64,000 nucleotides of DNA from Faecousia sp. (GTDB taxonomy: Bacteria > Bacillota > Clostridia > Oscillospirales > Oscillospiraceae): positions 16,245 through 80,244 of the forward strand of contig JAZQHH010000139.1 in NCBI GenBank assembly GCA_045540495.1. The letters are read 5' to 3'. Of the stretch, positions 1 through 11,769 are shown in pieces. Each line of letters opens with the position of its first letter. Position 1 is the first letter of the stretch. The notes under the pieces were generated by a model. The model searched no databases and was not told the DNA's origin. It worked only from the letters and a program-made list of their open reading frames with translations. Position numbers and translations under genes: made by a program.

Positions 1-171
1 TATCTGGACCTGAACAAGGGCGATATGGTGCAGCACACCGCCTTCGGCCGAGGGATGGTCCTGTCCGTCATGAAAATGAGCGGCGATGCGCTTTTGGAGA
101 TTGCCTTCGATGAAATCGGCACCAAGCGGCTCATGGCGAAGACCGCCTCGGCCCATATGAAAAAAATCTAA
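1..171 (+). CDS. pcrA: ATP-dependent DNA helicase PcrA/UvrD, C-terminal (Tudor-like) fragment; 5' part outside window
   Basis: Frame 1 reads YLDLNKGDMVQHTAFGRGMVLSV...LEIAFDEIGTKRLMAK..KI*, the GDxVxHxxFGxG / G-KRL C-terminal motif of PcrA; ligA lies nearby downstream. Confidence 0.8.
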   Translation, partial: YLDLNKGDMVQHTAFGRGMVLSVMKMSGDALLEIAFDEIGTKRLMAKTASAHMKKI

Positions 172-205
172 CCAATCCGCATATACTCCCCAGAGGGGGG
201 ATTGG

Positions 206-2798
<2,593 letters not shown>

Positions 2799-2871
2799 GC
2801 GCTTTATGTCATCCTTTGGCTGGCTGACGCTGGCTCAGGATGAAAATTTCTTGCATGATGTTTACGACGGC

Positions 2872-2913
2872 AACGCCCGTGGTGATCTACCTAGGTAAAT
2901 CACCACGGGCGTT
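2872..2913. terminator. Long hairpin between convergent ligA and small ORF (probable bidirectional terminator)
   Basis: AACGCCCGTGGTGAT-CTACCTAGGTAA-ATCACCACGGGCGTT, perfect 15-bp arms. Confidence 0.65.
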
Positions 2914-2916
2914 ATA

Positions 2917-3126
2917 TTACAACGAAAAATCGTGATCGTCGTATTTGCTGAAATCCAGAGCCTTGGGCTTGCAGGGAATCCGCTTGCAGGGGTCATATTT
3001 GAATTTCCGGCAGTTATCCGTTTCCTGTACGACGCCCCGCTTGATGCAGAGGATGGTGTTATCATCCACCTTGGTTCCGTTGGCGCAGTATTCGCAGGCT
3101 CTGGGCATTTTCTTTCTGAAGAGCAT
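2917..3126 (-). CDS. Small Cys-rich hypothetical protein (69 aa)
   Basis: CEYC...C...C..F.YDP.KR.P pattern, GAGG RBS, own sigA-like promoter upstream. Confidence 0.7.
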   Translation of the reverse strand: MLFRKKMPRACEYCANGTKVDDNTILCIKRGVVQETDNCRKFKYDPCKRIPCKPKALDFSKYDDHDFSL

Positions 3127-3155
3127 AGTATCGACCTCGCAGCGTTATTGGGTCC

Positions 3156-3184
3156 ATTATACACCAATCGGTTCCGAAATGCTA
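3156..3184 (-). promoter_or_regulatory. sigA-type promoter in the 3' end of ylbJ, driving the small Cys protein
   Basis: Minus strand TAGCAT-17 nt-TATAAT. Confidence 0.5.
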
Positions 3185-4140
3185 CTGTTTTTTCGAATTT
3201 TCAACAAACTAACCGCCCCGACCAGAAGAAATACCGGAGTCAGAATCCATTTCCCGGTGATAATGGCAGCGAGTGTCAGGCAGATACCGCTCTGTAAAAG
3301 CTTTCCCGGGAAATACAGCCGCCGACCAAGCTTTGGAGAAATGGCAGAACCGGTTTGCATGATGACGCAAACCCCACCGAAACTCATCATTCCGGCGCAA
3401 AGAAGAAACCGCAGGGAATCATCTGTCAAGCTGCGCAGGGCAACTGTGCCATTGGAAATCTCAAGTAAACCAGTAATCAGCGCCTGCATTTCCACAGGGA
3501 AGCGCCACAGCCCCCACCGCTCCAGAAATCCAACCAGTACCCGAAAAAGAAGAATCCAACCGCAGACCTGCCCCATAGTACGAACCGCGCGGCCCATGGC
3601 GGATGTGAGCGAAATCCCGTTCCCGTTATGCCGCACACCCCCGGAATCGCCGCCCCCGGGGAGGAGAATTGCCGTAATGAGCATACCGATGATTTGAATT
3701 GCCCAAAGCACCCAGCATCTTCCGGTCCCCAAAATACTGCCGATCATGCCGAATAAAAAAGCGGGCCCACATTGGTTGCAGAAAACCAGCATCCGTTCCG
3801 CGTCCCGTTTCGACAGGCTGTCGTCCTCGAAGGCCTGGCTGACACACTGGGCTCCCACCGGATAACCTCCAATCAGCCCCGTTAACAGCAGAGCTTCCGC
3901 ACCCTTGGGGATGCGAAGCATCTTCCGAGCCGGGCGCATCCATGGAATTTGAACCCCGGACAACATCGATGTTATCAGAATCGAAAGCACAAAAAAGGGG
4001 AACAGGGATGGAATCACCGTTCGGATGCATAAATCCAGCCCCTCTCGGGCGCTAACCAAAGCGGTTCTGGAATCCAGAATCAGAATCGCCATTGCGATCG
4101 CTGCCAATAATCCAGTCAATCGTCTGTTCAAAGCCGTCAC
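3157..4140 (-). CDS. ylbJ: Sporulation integral membrane protein YlbJ (start may be TTG at 4131)
   Basis: VIPSLFPF, GGYPVGA, GPAF, LEISNG and FGGVCVIMQ motifs; multiple TM helices. Confidence 0.85.
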   Translation of the reverse strand: MTALNRRLTGLLAAIAMAILILDSRTALVSAREGLDLCIRTVIPSLFPFFVLSILITSMLSGVQIPWMRPARKMLRIPKGAEALLLTGLIGGYPVGAQCVSQAFEDDSLSKRDAERMLVFCNQCGPAFLFGMIGSILGTGRCWVLWAIQIIGMLITAILLPGGGDSGGVRHNGNGISLTSAMGRAVRTMGQVCGWILLFRVLVGFLERWGLWRFPVEMQALITGLLEISNGTVALRSLTDDSLRFLLCAGMMSFGGVCVIMQTGSAISPKLGRRLYFPGKLLQSGICLTLAAIITGKWILTPVFLLVGAVSLLKIRKNSSISEPIGV

Positions 4141-4148
4141 CTCATTGG

Positions 4149-4194
4149 AATCTATGCGCCGCCGGTCAAATTCATCCCTTGTGCTTCATAGGAT
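4149..4194. promoter_or_regulatory. Divergent sigE-like promoters for ylbJ and yqfC
   Basis: Plus strand TCAAAT...CATAGGAT (4166-4194); minus strand ATGAAT...CATAGATT (4175-4149). Confidence 0.5.
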
Positions 4195-4218
4195 GGACAA
4201 AAAGGAGGTGCTGCGGCA

Positions 4219-4491
4219 ATGCGGCAGTGGATTGAACGGCTGGCGGATTCAGCGGATTTGCAGGGAGAGGCGTTTCCGGGGCAGAGCGTGGTGGAATTGC
4301 TTGGGGACCGGCGTGTGCTGATCGAGCATCATGGGGGCGTGACGGAATATAGCCGGGAGAAAATCGTCCTTCGGATGAAATTTGGATTTCTGTGCGTCTG
4401 CGGCGGCTGTTTGGAGCTGGCGAAAATGGATGCGGCTCAACTGGTGATTACCGGACGCATTGACGGGGTAAATCTGATACGGAGGCGTTGA
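4219..4491 (+). CDS. yqfC: YabP/YqfC family sporulation protein
   Basis: 90 aa, IEHHGGVTEYS..I and G..L...ITGRI motifs, directly upstream of yqfD; AAGGAGG RBS. Confidence 0.85.
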   Translation: MRQWIERLADSADLQGEAFPGQSVVELLGDRRVLIEHHGGVTEYSREKIVLRMKFGFLCVCGGCLELAKMDAAQLVITGRIDGVNLIRRR

Positions 4492-4492
4492 G

Positions 4493-5680
4493 ATGGGCTT
4501 TTGGCAATCCATGTCCGGCATGGTCACCGCTGAATTGATGAGCGCAGATACGGCATCGGCGCTCCGGGCCATCAACGGGGCGGGCGTGACACTTCTGAAT
4601 GTCCAGCAAGTGGATGATTTGGTGATTACCTTCGTTCTGCGCCGCCAGCAGCTGCGGAATCTGCGAAAGCTTGTCCACAAGAGGGGAGAGCGTCTACGAA
4701 TCCTACGCCGCAGCGGCCTGTTTTGGCTTGTGCGGCGGATGCCGAAACGCCCTGTGTTGATTGGCGGCGTTATGCTGCTGTTGTTTTTGACCCTGTTTTT
4801 GCCCACCAGAGTATGGATTGTTGAGGTGGAAGGAAATGCGACTGTACCCACAGGCCGGATTCTGGAAGCCTGCAGCCAATATGGCTTTGGTTTCGGGGCC
4901 TCTCGCCGGGGACTACGCAGCGAACAAATGAAAAATTCGCTTTTGGAGGCCATCCCGGAGCTGCAATGGGCGGGCATCAATACCTACGGCTGCCGTGGAG
5001 TCATCTCCGTTCGGGAGCGGGCGGAGCCGGAGAAGGATTCGCAGCAAAGAGGCATTTCCAGCATCATCGCAACCCGGGACGGCGTGATTCGGGAAATGAC
5101 GGTCCTGCAAGGGAGCCCGGTCTGCAAGGTGGGCCAGAGTGTCAAGGCGGGACAATTGTTGGTTTCCGGCTATACGGATTTGGGTATCTGTATCCGGGGC
5201 AGTCGGGCTATGGGGGAAGTTTATGCCGAAACCCAACGGAATTTGACCGCTGTATTCCCAAGCAAAAGGACTGCCCGGAGCGAAATGACCCGGTCGAAGA
5301 AAAAAATTAGTATCATTTTCGGAAATAATCGGATAAATTTCTTCAAAGGTAGTGGAATTTTGGATACCACTTGTGATAAAATGTATTCGGAGTATTATTT
5401 GACGCTGCCTGGTGGATTCCGATTGCCTTTGGCCCTTTCTGTTGAGGAATGGCGCTGGTACGAATCGGTTGATGCAGAGGATGCAGATGGAGAAGCGCTG
5501 CTTCGGGATTTTTCCTGCGCCTATCTGATTGGCACCATGACCGCTGGGCGAATTGACGCGAATTTTGAATCCATTACGAAAATCGACGGCGGCTGGTGCC
5601 TTACCGGAAAATACGCCTGCTATGAAATGATAGGCAAATCACGGCTTGAGGAGAATTTATTGGATTATGAAGCTGATTGA
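4493..5680 (+). CDS. yqfD: Sporulation protein YqfD (stage IV)
   Basis: TM helix then VWxVEVEGN, WAGIN..G....VRER, ATRDGVI..M.V..G...VKAGQLLVSG motifs; yqfC-yqfD-phoH synteny. Confidence 0.88.
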   Translation: MGFWQSMSGMVTAELMSADTASALRAINGAGVTLLNVQQVDDLVITFVLRRQQLRNLRKLVHKRGERLRILRRSGLFWLVRRMPKRPVLIGGVMLLLFLTLFLPTRVWIVEVEGNATVPTGRILEACSQYGFGFGASRRGLRSEQMKNSLLEAIPELQWAGINTYGCRGVISVRERAEPEKDSQQRGISSIIATRDGVIREMTVLQGSPVCKVGQSVKAGQLLVSGYTDLGICIRGSRAMGEVYAETQRNLTAVFPSKRTARSEMTRSKKKISIIFGNNRINFFKGSGILDTTCDKMYSEYYLTLPGGFRLPLALSVEEWRWYESVDAEDADGEALLRDFSCAYLIGTMTAGRIDANFESITKIDGGWCLTGKYACYEMIGKSRLEENLLDYEAD

Positions 5681-6668
5681 ACGGACGGTAAACGCGGAAC
5701 GGGTCGAGGATCTGATTACGGTCTTTGGCTCCTTCGATGAAAATATCAAACGGATCGAGGATGCGCTGGCAGTATCCATCGTGAACCGTGGTACGGAGCT
5801 GAAAGTTTCCGGCGATGAGGAAGCGGCGGACAAAGCGGTTCGCACCCTGGAGGGGTTGCTGTCCCTGGCAGCAAAAGGGGAGACCATCGATGAGCAGCGG
5901 GTCCGTTACCTGATTACCCTTGTAAAAGAGGGCAACGACCATCAGGTGGCCCAGATGGCCAAGGATGTGGTTTGCATTACCGCCAAGGGAAAGCCTATCA
6001 AGGCCAAGACCGTGGGCCAGCAGCGGTATATGAAAGCCATCCAAAAGAATACCGTCACCATCGGCGTTGGTCCTGCCGGTACCGGCAAAACTTACCTGGC
6101 GGTGGCTGCTGCGGTGGCAGCATTCCGGGAGCGGACGGTGAACCGCATTATCCTGACCCGCCCTGCGGTGGAGGCCGGAGAACGGCTGGGCTTCCTGCCG
6201 GGCGATCTGCAAAACAAGGTAGACCCCTATCTGCGACCGCTGTATGATGCGCTCTACGATATGCTGGGCCCGGAAACCTTCCAGAAATACCAGGAGCGGG
6301 GCTCCATCGAGGTGGCACCCCTGGCCTATATGCGGGGCCGGGCTCTGGACGACAGCTTCATCATCCTGGATGAGGCTCAGAATACCACCAAGGAGCAGAT
6401 GAAGATGTTCCTGACCCGTCTGGGGTTCGGGTCGAAAATCGTCATTACCGGCGACGTGACCCAGATCGATCTGCCGGACGACAAGACCTCCGGCCTGAAG
6501 GATGCTATCCGAGTGCTGGAGGGGGTCAATGACATCGCCATCTGCCGCCTGACCGCCGCCGATGTGGTGCGCCACGCTCTGGTGCAGGAGATCATCAATG
6601 CCTATGAGAAGGCTTCCCAAAAGCCCGAGCCCTCCAGGTCCAACAACCGTTACCAAAGGAAGAATTGA
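5667..6668 (+). CDS. phoH: PhoH family ATPase
   Basis: GPAGTGKT Walker A, RPAVEAGE.LGFLPGD, LDEAQN, GDxTQ motifs. Confidence 0.95.
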   Translation: MKLIERTVNAERVEDLITVFGSFDENIKRIEDALAVSIVNRGTELKVSGDEEAADKAVRTLEGLLSLAAKGETIDEQRVRYLITLVKEGNDHQVAQMAKDVVCITAKGKPIKAKTVGQQRYMKAIQKNTVTIGVGPAGTGKTYLAVAAAVAAFRERTVNRIILTRPAVEAGERLGFLPGDLQNKVDPYLRPLYDALYDMLGPETFQKYQERGSIEVAPLAYMRGRALDDSFIILDEAQNTTKEQMKMFLTRLGFGSKIVITGDVTQIDLPDDKTSGLKDAIRVLEGVNDIAICRLTAADVVRHALVQEIINAYEKASQKPEPSRSNNRYQRKN

Positions 6669-6669
6669 T

Positions 6670-7167
6670 ATGAAAACAAAAATCAACATGACCTTCGATG
6701 GCTTTTCCCTGAAAAAGCCCTTCGTCAGCGCCATTATCAAGAAATGTGTGGAGGCGGTACTTTCCGCCGAGGGGATTGGAGTGCCCTGCGAAATCAATGT
6801 TCTGGTGACCAATGACAGGGGCATCCAGGCCATCAACAAGGCCAGCCGCAACATTGACAAACCCACGGATGTGCTGAGCTTCCCCATGTTCGAGCTGGAG
6901 GCCGGCAACCCTCCCACGGATTGGGTTGCCTACTTAGACCCGGCCAGCGGCCTTTGCCCCCTGGGGGATATGTGCATCAGCCTGGAGCGGGCCTGCGCCC
7001 AGGCCAAGGAATTTGGCCACAGCGAAAAGCGGGAGGTGGGCTATCTGACCATCCATTCCATGCTCCACCTGCTGGGCTACGACCATCTGGACGAAGGCCC
7101 CCAGAAAGCACAGATGCGCGCCCGGGAAGAGGCTATCGCATCTGCGATTCCAGGCATGACCCGATGA
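6670..7167 (+). CDS. ybeY: rRNA maturation RNase YbeY
   Basis: DKPTDVLSFP and HSMLHLLGYDH metal-binding motifs. Confidence 0.95.
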   Translation: MKTKINMTFDGFSLKKPFVSAIIKKCVEAVLSAEGIGVPCEINVLVTNDRGIQAINKASRNIDKPTDVLSFPMFELEAGNPPTDWVAYLDPASGLCPLGDMCISLERACAQAKEFGHSEKREVGYLTIHSMLHLLGYDHLDEGPQKAQMRAREEAIASAIPGMTR

Positions 7168-7180
7168 AAAGGAGAAAAAA

Positions 7181-8068
7181 ATGAAAACCAAAACTGCTAT
7201 GATTACCATTGCCGGACGGCCCAACGTGGGCAAGTCCACCCTGACCAATTATCTCGTTGGCGAGAAAATCGCCATCGTTTCCAATAAGCCCCAGACCACC
7301 CGGAACCGCATTTGCGGCATCCTGACACGGGAGGATACCCAGTTTGTGTTTGTGGATACCCCCGGCTACCACCGGGCCAGGACGAAGCTGGGCGATTACA
7401 TGGTCAACGTGGCCCGGGAATCCATCGCCGATGTGGATTTGACCATTCTGGTGGTGGAGCCCATCGCCTCTATCGGCCCCCAGGAAGAGGGGCTCATCGA
7501 GAAAATCAAGGGCAGCAAATGCCCCGCCATTTTGGCCATCAATAAGATCGACACCGTTGAAAAGGACAAGCTACTGGAGGTCATCGCCGTCTACTCCCAG
7601 GCAGCCGCCTTCGATGCCATCATTCCCATCTCCGCCAGAACCGGCGACGGGGTAGAGGAGCTGCTGAAAATCTGCGGCAAATATGCCATCGAAAGTCCCT
7701 TCCTGTTCCCGGAGGACCTGACCACCGACCAGCCAGAGCGCCAGGTTATGGCGGAAATCATTCGGGAGAAGCTGCTCTGGTGCCTGGATAAGGAAATTCC
7801 CCACGGCACTGCTGTTGAAATTACCACCTTCTCCGAGCGGGATAACGGCATTATCGACCTGGATGCCACTATTTTCTGCGAAAAAGCCAGCCACAAGGGT
7901 ATTATCATCGGAAAGCAGGGTGCCATGCTGAAGAAAATTTCCTCTATGGCCCGGACCGACTGCGAAAAATTCATGGGCACCAAGGTGTATCTGACCACCT
8001 GGGTCAAGGTTAAAGAAAATTGGCGTGACAGCGATTTCCTGGTCCGGAATTTTGGTTACAAAGAATAA
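7181..8068 (+). CDS. era: GTPase Era
   Basis: GRPNVGKST, QTTR, DTPG, NKID, and KH domain with IIIGKQG. Confidence 0.97.
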   Translation: MKTKTAMITIAGRPNVGKSTLTNYLVGEKIAIVSNKPQTTRNRICGILTREDTQFVFVDTPGYHRARTKLGDYMVNVARESIADVDLTILVVEPIASIGPQEEGLIEKIKGSKCPAILAINKIDTVEKDKLLEVIAVYSQAAAFDAIIPISARTGDGVEELLKICGKYAIESPFLFPEDLTTDQPERQVMAEIIREKLLWCLDKEIPHGTAVEITTFSERDNGIIDLDATIFCEKASHKGIIIGKQGAMLKKISSMARTDCEKFMGTKVYLTTWVKVKENWRDSDFLVRNFGYKE

Positions 8069-8122
8069 TTTCCATTTGTAAAATCCCACTCCTTTGCAAA
8101 TCCTATCCCCGGAGGGATGGAT

Positions 8123-8263
8123 ATGGACGCAAAGGACTACTGGCAGATGTTTTTGGAAACCGGCGCGCCGGAATTTTATATGATGTACAAAGCACACAAG
8201 ACGGAGGGAGTCCATGTACCTGACGGTGAAAGCACTGGTGCTGCGGGTCACGGACTACAATGA
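8123..8263 (+). CDS. YqzL-family small protein (not in ORF track)
   Basis: GGAGG RBS, MDAKDYWQMFLETGAPEFYMMYK...; the WxxFxxTG motif and position between era and recO match YqzL. Confidence 0.7.
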   Translation: MDAKDYWQMFLETGAPEFYMMYKAHKTEGVHVPDGESTGAAGHGLQ

Positions 8264-8954
8264 CCGGGATGCGCTGCTGACCCTACTGACCCAGGAAAAC
8301 GGAAAATTGACGGTAAAGGCCCGGGGGCTGCGGCGAAAAAACAGCCCCCTGGTGGCCCCTTGCCAGCTGTTGGCCTATGGGGAATTTACCCTGTTTGAAT
8401 ACCGGGGAATGTACACCATCAACGAAGCCCATTCTATTGAATTGTTTCGGGATTTGCGCCGGGATTTGATGAAGCTGTCCCTGGGTACCTATTTTGCTCA
8501 GGCGGCAGAGGTCATTTCTCAAGAGGATCTGCCGAATCCGGAGCTGCTGTCCCTGGTGCTGAACAGCCTCTTCGCTCTGACCCGGCTTGGATTGCCGGAA
8601 CAGCAGGTAAAGGCGGTTTTTGAGCTGCGTGCTGCCTGTATTGCCGGTTATACCCCCGATTTGTTTGGCTGCCATGTCTGCGGCAGCCAAAGCCCCACGC
8701 TCTTCGACCTGTCCGGCGGTGCGCTGCTGTGCCAAAATTGCCGCGCAGCTGCTTCCGGTATCCGCATCCCCATCAATCCCGGAATGCTGGATGCAATCCG
8801 CTACATCGTCTACTGCGATTCCAAAAAACTCTTTTCCTTTTCCATTGGAAACGAGAATCTGGATCAGCTTTCCTCCTTGTCGGAAGCCTATCTGACCACC
8901 CAATTAGAGCGTGGGTTTTCTACACTGGATTTTTACAAATCCCTACTTATTTAG
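8214..8954 (+). CDS. recO: DNA repair protein RecO
   Basis: LVLR..DY...D..LTLLT...GK....ARG N-terminus, CxxC...CxxC zinc motif; era-recO synteny. Confidence 0.93.
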   Translation: MYLTVKALVLRVTDYNDRDALLTLLTQENGKLTVKARGLRRKNSPLVAPCQLLAYGEFTLFEYRGMYTINEAHSIELFRDLRRDLMKLSLGTYFAQAAEVISQEDLPNPELLSLVLNSLFALTRLGLPEQQVKAVFELRAACIAGYTPDLFGCHVCGSQSPTLFDLSGGALLCQNCRAAASGIRIPINPGMLDAIRYIVYCDSKKLFSFSIGNENLDQLSSLSEAYLTTQLERGFSTLDFYKSLLI

Positions 8955-8962
8955 GAGAAACT

Positions 8963-11338
8963 ATGTCTGAATTATACGAAAAATCTTTATTAAAGCTGGA
9001 GCTGGACCAGGTTCTGGAGCAGCTGGCCGCCTGCGCCGGCAGCTCAGAGGGCAAGGCCCGGTGTCGGCTTTTGCGGCCTACTTCCGATTTGGAAGATGTA
9101 AACGCCCTGCTGGAGGAAACCAGCGCCGCATCTGATCTTTGCACCAAGAAGGGCAATCCCAGCTTTTCCGAGGTGCAGGATGTGTCTGCCTCCCTGGAAC
9201 GGGCCGACCGCGGCGGCAGCTTGCAGCCCATTGAATTGCTGCGGATCGGAGCGGTGCTTCGCTCTGCCCGTACGGTGAAAAGCTATGTCTCCGAGGATGA
9301 GCAACGCACCGTTCTGAGCAATCTTTTTGATGCCCTGACGCCCAATAAATACCTTGAAGACCGAATTTTCGGCGCGATTTTGTCGGAGGAAGAGATTGCC
9401 GACACCGCCAGTCCCGCCCTTGCGGATATTCGCCGCCATATGCGGGTTCAGTCCGCCAAAATTCGGGACAGTTTGCAAAAGGTCATTTCTTCTCCCGCTT
9501 ACAGTAAATTTCTGCGGGAGCCCATCATCACCATCCGCCAGGGCCGTTATGTGGTGCCGGTGAAATCCGAGTGCCGCAACGATGTGCCGGGCCTTGTCCA
9601 TGATGTTTCCGCCAGCGGCTCCACCTATTTTGTGGAGCCGATGTCTGCAGTCAATGCCAACAACGCCCTGCGGGAGTTGGAATTGAAGGAGAAGAAGGAA
9701 ATCGAGCGGATTTTGGCGGAATTGTCCGCGGAAGCGGCAGCCCACCGGGGTGATATCGAGCTGGATTTCGATATGCTGGTGCGTCTGGATGTGATTTTTG
9801 CTAAGGCGAAGCTGGGCTATCGGATGAACGCCTGGGCACCGCTGATGAACGACGAGGGTAGGGTGGAGCTGCGTAAAGCCCGTCACCCTCTCATCGATTC
9901 CAAGCAGGTCGTGCCCATTTCCCTGCGTCTGGGTACCGATTTCGACACCATGATTATCACCGGCCCCAACACCGGCGGCAAGACGGTCACTCTGAAAACC
10001 GTAGGTCTGCTGACCCTGATGGCGGAGTGCGGCCTGCATATTCCTGCAGGGGATGGCAGCGAGCTTTCCACCTTCCATGCCATTCTGGCGGACATTGGCG
10101 ACGAGCAATCCATCGCCCAGAGTTTGTCCACCTTCTCCAGCCATATGCGCACCATCGTGGATGTATTGGCACAGTGTGACGACCGAACCCTGGTGCTCTT
10201 TGACGAACTGGGCGCCGGTACCGACCCTGCCGAGGGTGCGGCCCTTGCCATGGCGATCATCGAATTTTGCCGGAAAATGGGCAGCCGAGTGGTGGCCACT
10301 ACCCACTATGCGGAGCTGAAACTTTACGCCATGCGTACGGAAGGTGTCATCAACGCCTCCTGCGAATTTGATGTGGAAACGCTTCGGCCCACTTATAAGC
10401 TGCTCATCGGCATCCCCGGTAAATCCAACGCATTTGCCATCTCCAGAAAGTTGGGACTTTCCGAGGATATCCTGAAAGAAGCCAATGATTTGGTTGGAAA
10501 AAGTGATAAAGATTTTGAAGATGTTCTGTCCCAGCTGGAGCAACAGCGCCAACAGATGGAGTCTGCCCGGGTGGAAGCCGAACGGCTGCGGGCAGAAACC
10601 AGGAAAATCAAAGAACAGAACGAGGAATACCATGCCCAGCTCCGCCGGGAAAAGGAGAAGGCCATGGAAGCAGCCCGCCGGGAGGCTCAGGAGATCATCG
10701 AGGATGCCCGCCGGACGGCCAATGCCGCTTCTGAGGAAATCAAAGCCCTAAAAAAACAGCTTTCCGAATCCGCCGACACCGCCAATATCAATCAGCGCCA
10801 GGCGGAGCTGCGCCGGAGCCTGAACGAGGCCCAGAGCCGCATCCGGGCGGAGCAGCCCCAAAAGGAGCGGCCGGAGCCCAGCCGCGAAATCCTGATTGGC
10901 GATACGGTGGAACTTCTGAAATTGGGCACCCGGGCCAGCGTCATTGCCATTAACAAGGACGGCACCTACCAGCTCCAGGCCGGTATTTTGAAAATGACCG
11001 CCAAAAAGGATGAAATTTACCTTCTGGAGCAGTCCAATCCCTATGTGGAGAAGAAGGCCAGACCGGCCCATTCCGGCCGTGAGATGAAGCTGACCGCCAT
11101 GGCCAGCGAAATCGACCTGCGGGGCATGGATACCATCGAGGCAGTCTGCGTACTGGAGCGGTATCTGGACGAAGCCATGCGCTCCAATTTGAAATCCGTC
11201 CGCATCATCCACGGTAAGGGCACCGGCGCTGTCCGGGCCGCTGTCCATCAGTCTTTGCGGAAAACCAAGTACGTTAAATCCTTCCGCCTGGGCGCCTACG
11301 GCGAGGGCGAGGACGGCGTCACCATTGCCGAATTGTAA
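8963..11338 (+). CDS. mutS2: Endonuclease MutS2
   Basis: TGPNTGGKT, DIGDEQSI.QSLSTFSSH, DELGAGTDP, C-terminal Smr domain (IDLRG...IIHGKGTG); RBS before ATG 8963. Confidence 0.96.
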   Translation: MSELYEKSLLKLELDQVLEQLAACAGSSEGKARCRLLRPTSDLEDVNALLEETSAASDLCTKKGNPSFSEVQDVSASLERADRGGSLQPIELLRIGAVLRSARTVKSYVSEDEQRTVLSNLFDALTPNKYLEDRIFGAILSEEEIADTASPALADIRRHMRVQSAKIRDSLQKVISSPAYSKFLREPIITIRQGRYVVPVKSECRNDVPGLVHDVSASGSTYFVEPMSAVNANNALRELELKEKKEIERILAELSAEAAAHRGDIELDFDMLVRLDVIFAKAKLGYRMNAWAPLMNDEGRVELRKARHPLIDSKQVVPISLRLGTDFDTMIITGPNTGGKTVTLKTVGLLTLMAECGLHIPAGDGSELSTFHAILADIGDEQSIAQSLSTFSSHMRTIVDVLAQCDDRTLVLFDELGAGTDPAEGAALAMAIIEFCRKMGSRVVATTHYAELKLYAMRTEGVINASCEFDVETLRPTYKLLIGIPGKSNAFAISRKLGLSEDILKEANDLVGKSDKDFEDVLSQLEQQRQQMESARVEAERLRAETRKIKEQNEEYHAQLRREKEKAMEAARREAQEIIEDARRTANAASEEIKALKKQLSESADTANINQRQAELRRSLNEAQSRIRAEQPQKERPEPSREILIGDTVELLKLGTRASVIAINKDGTYQLQAGILKMTAKKDEIYLLEQSNPYVEKKARPAHSGREMKLTAMASEIDLRGMDTIEAVCVLERYLDEAMRSNLKSVRIIHGKGTGAVRAAVHQSLRKTKYVKSFRLGAYGEGEDGVTIAEL

Positions 11339-11364
11339 AGTTATTGGAATTCGACGAATATTTG

Positions 11365-11393
11365 TTGACTTTTTGCTGTAATTTGGTTATCAT
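11365..11393 (+). promoter_or_regulatory. sigA promoter of the HPr gene
   Basis: TTGACT-17 nt-TATCAT. Confidence 0.6.
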
Positions 11394-11447
11394 ATAGAAA
11401 GAATGTCATGCCTGTGACTGCGGCATGGCGAATAAGGAGTGTTTCGA

Positions 11448-11708
11448 ATGTTCAACAAAGAAATCGTAGTTCGCTGCGAATCCGGCCTGCACAACCGTCA
11501 GGCTACATACTTCGTCCAAAAGGCTAACGAGTTTGAGAGCAGCATTTGGCTGGAGTCTGCGAACCGCAAAATGAACGCAAAGAGCCTGCTTGGCATCATG
11601 TCCATGAGCATTGTTACCGGTGCCACCGTTACGCTGACCGCTGCCGGTCCCGATGCGGAAGCCGCTGTCAATGCGCTGGAAGCTCTGCTTCAGCGGGATG
11701 TTTATTAA
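11448..11708 (+). CDS. ptsH: HPr family phosphocarrier protein
   Basis: GLHNRQA (His15 site) and NAKSLLG (Ser46 site); AAGGAG RBS. Confidence 0.88.
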   Translation: MFNKEIVVRCESGLHNRQATYFVQKANEFESSIWLESANRKMNAKSLLGIMSMSIVTGATVTLTAAGPDAEAAVNALEALLQRDVY

Positions 11709-11722
11709 GGAAATGTTCCACT

Positions 11723-11756
11723 TCCGCCTCATTGCTCTGCATTGAGGCGGATTTTT
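11723..11756 (+). terminator. Rho-independent terminator after HPr
   Basis: TCCGCCTCA...TGAGGCGGA followed by TTTTT. Confidence 0.7.
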
Positions 11757-11769
11757 ATGGTGAAATTGT

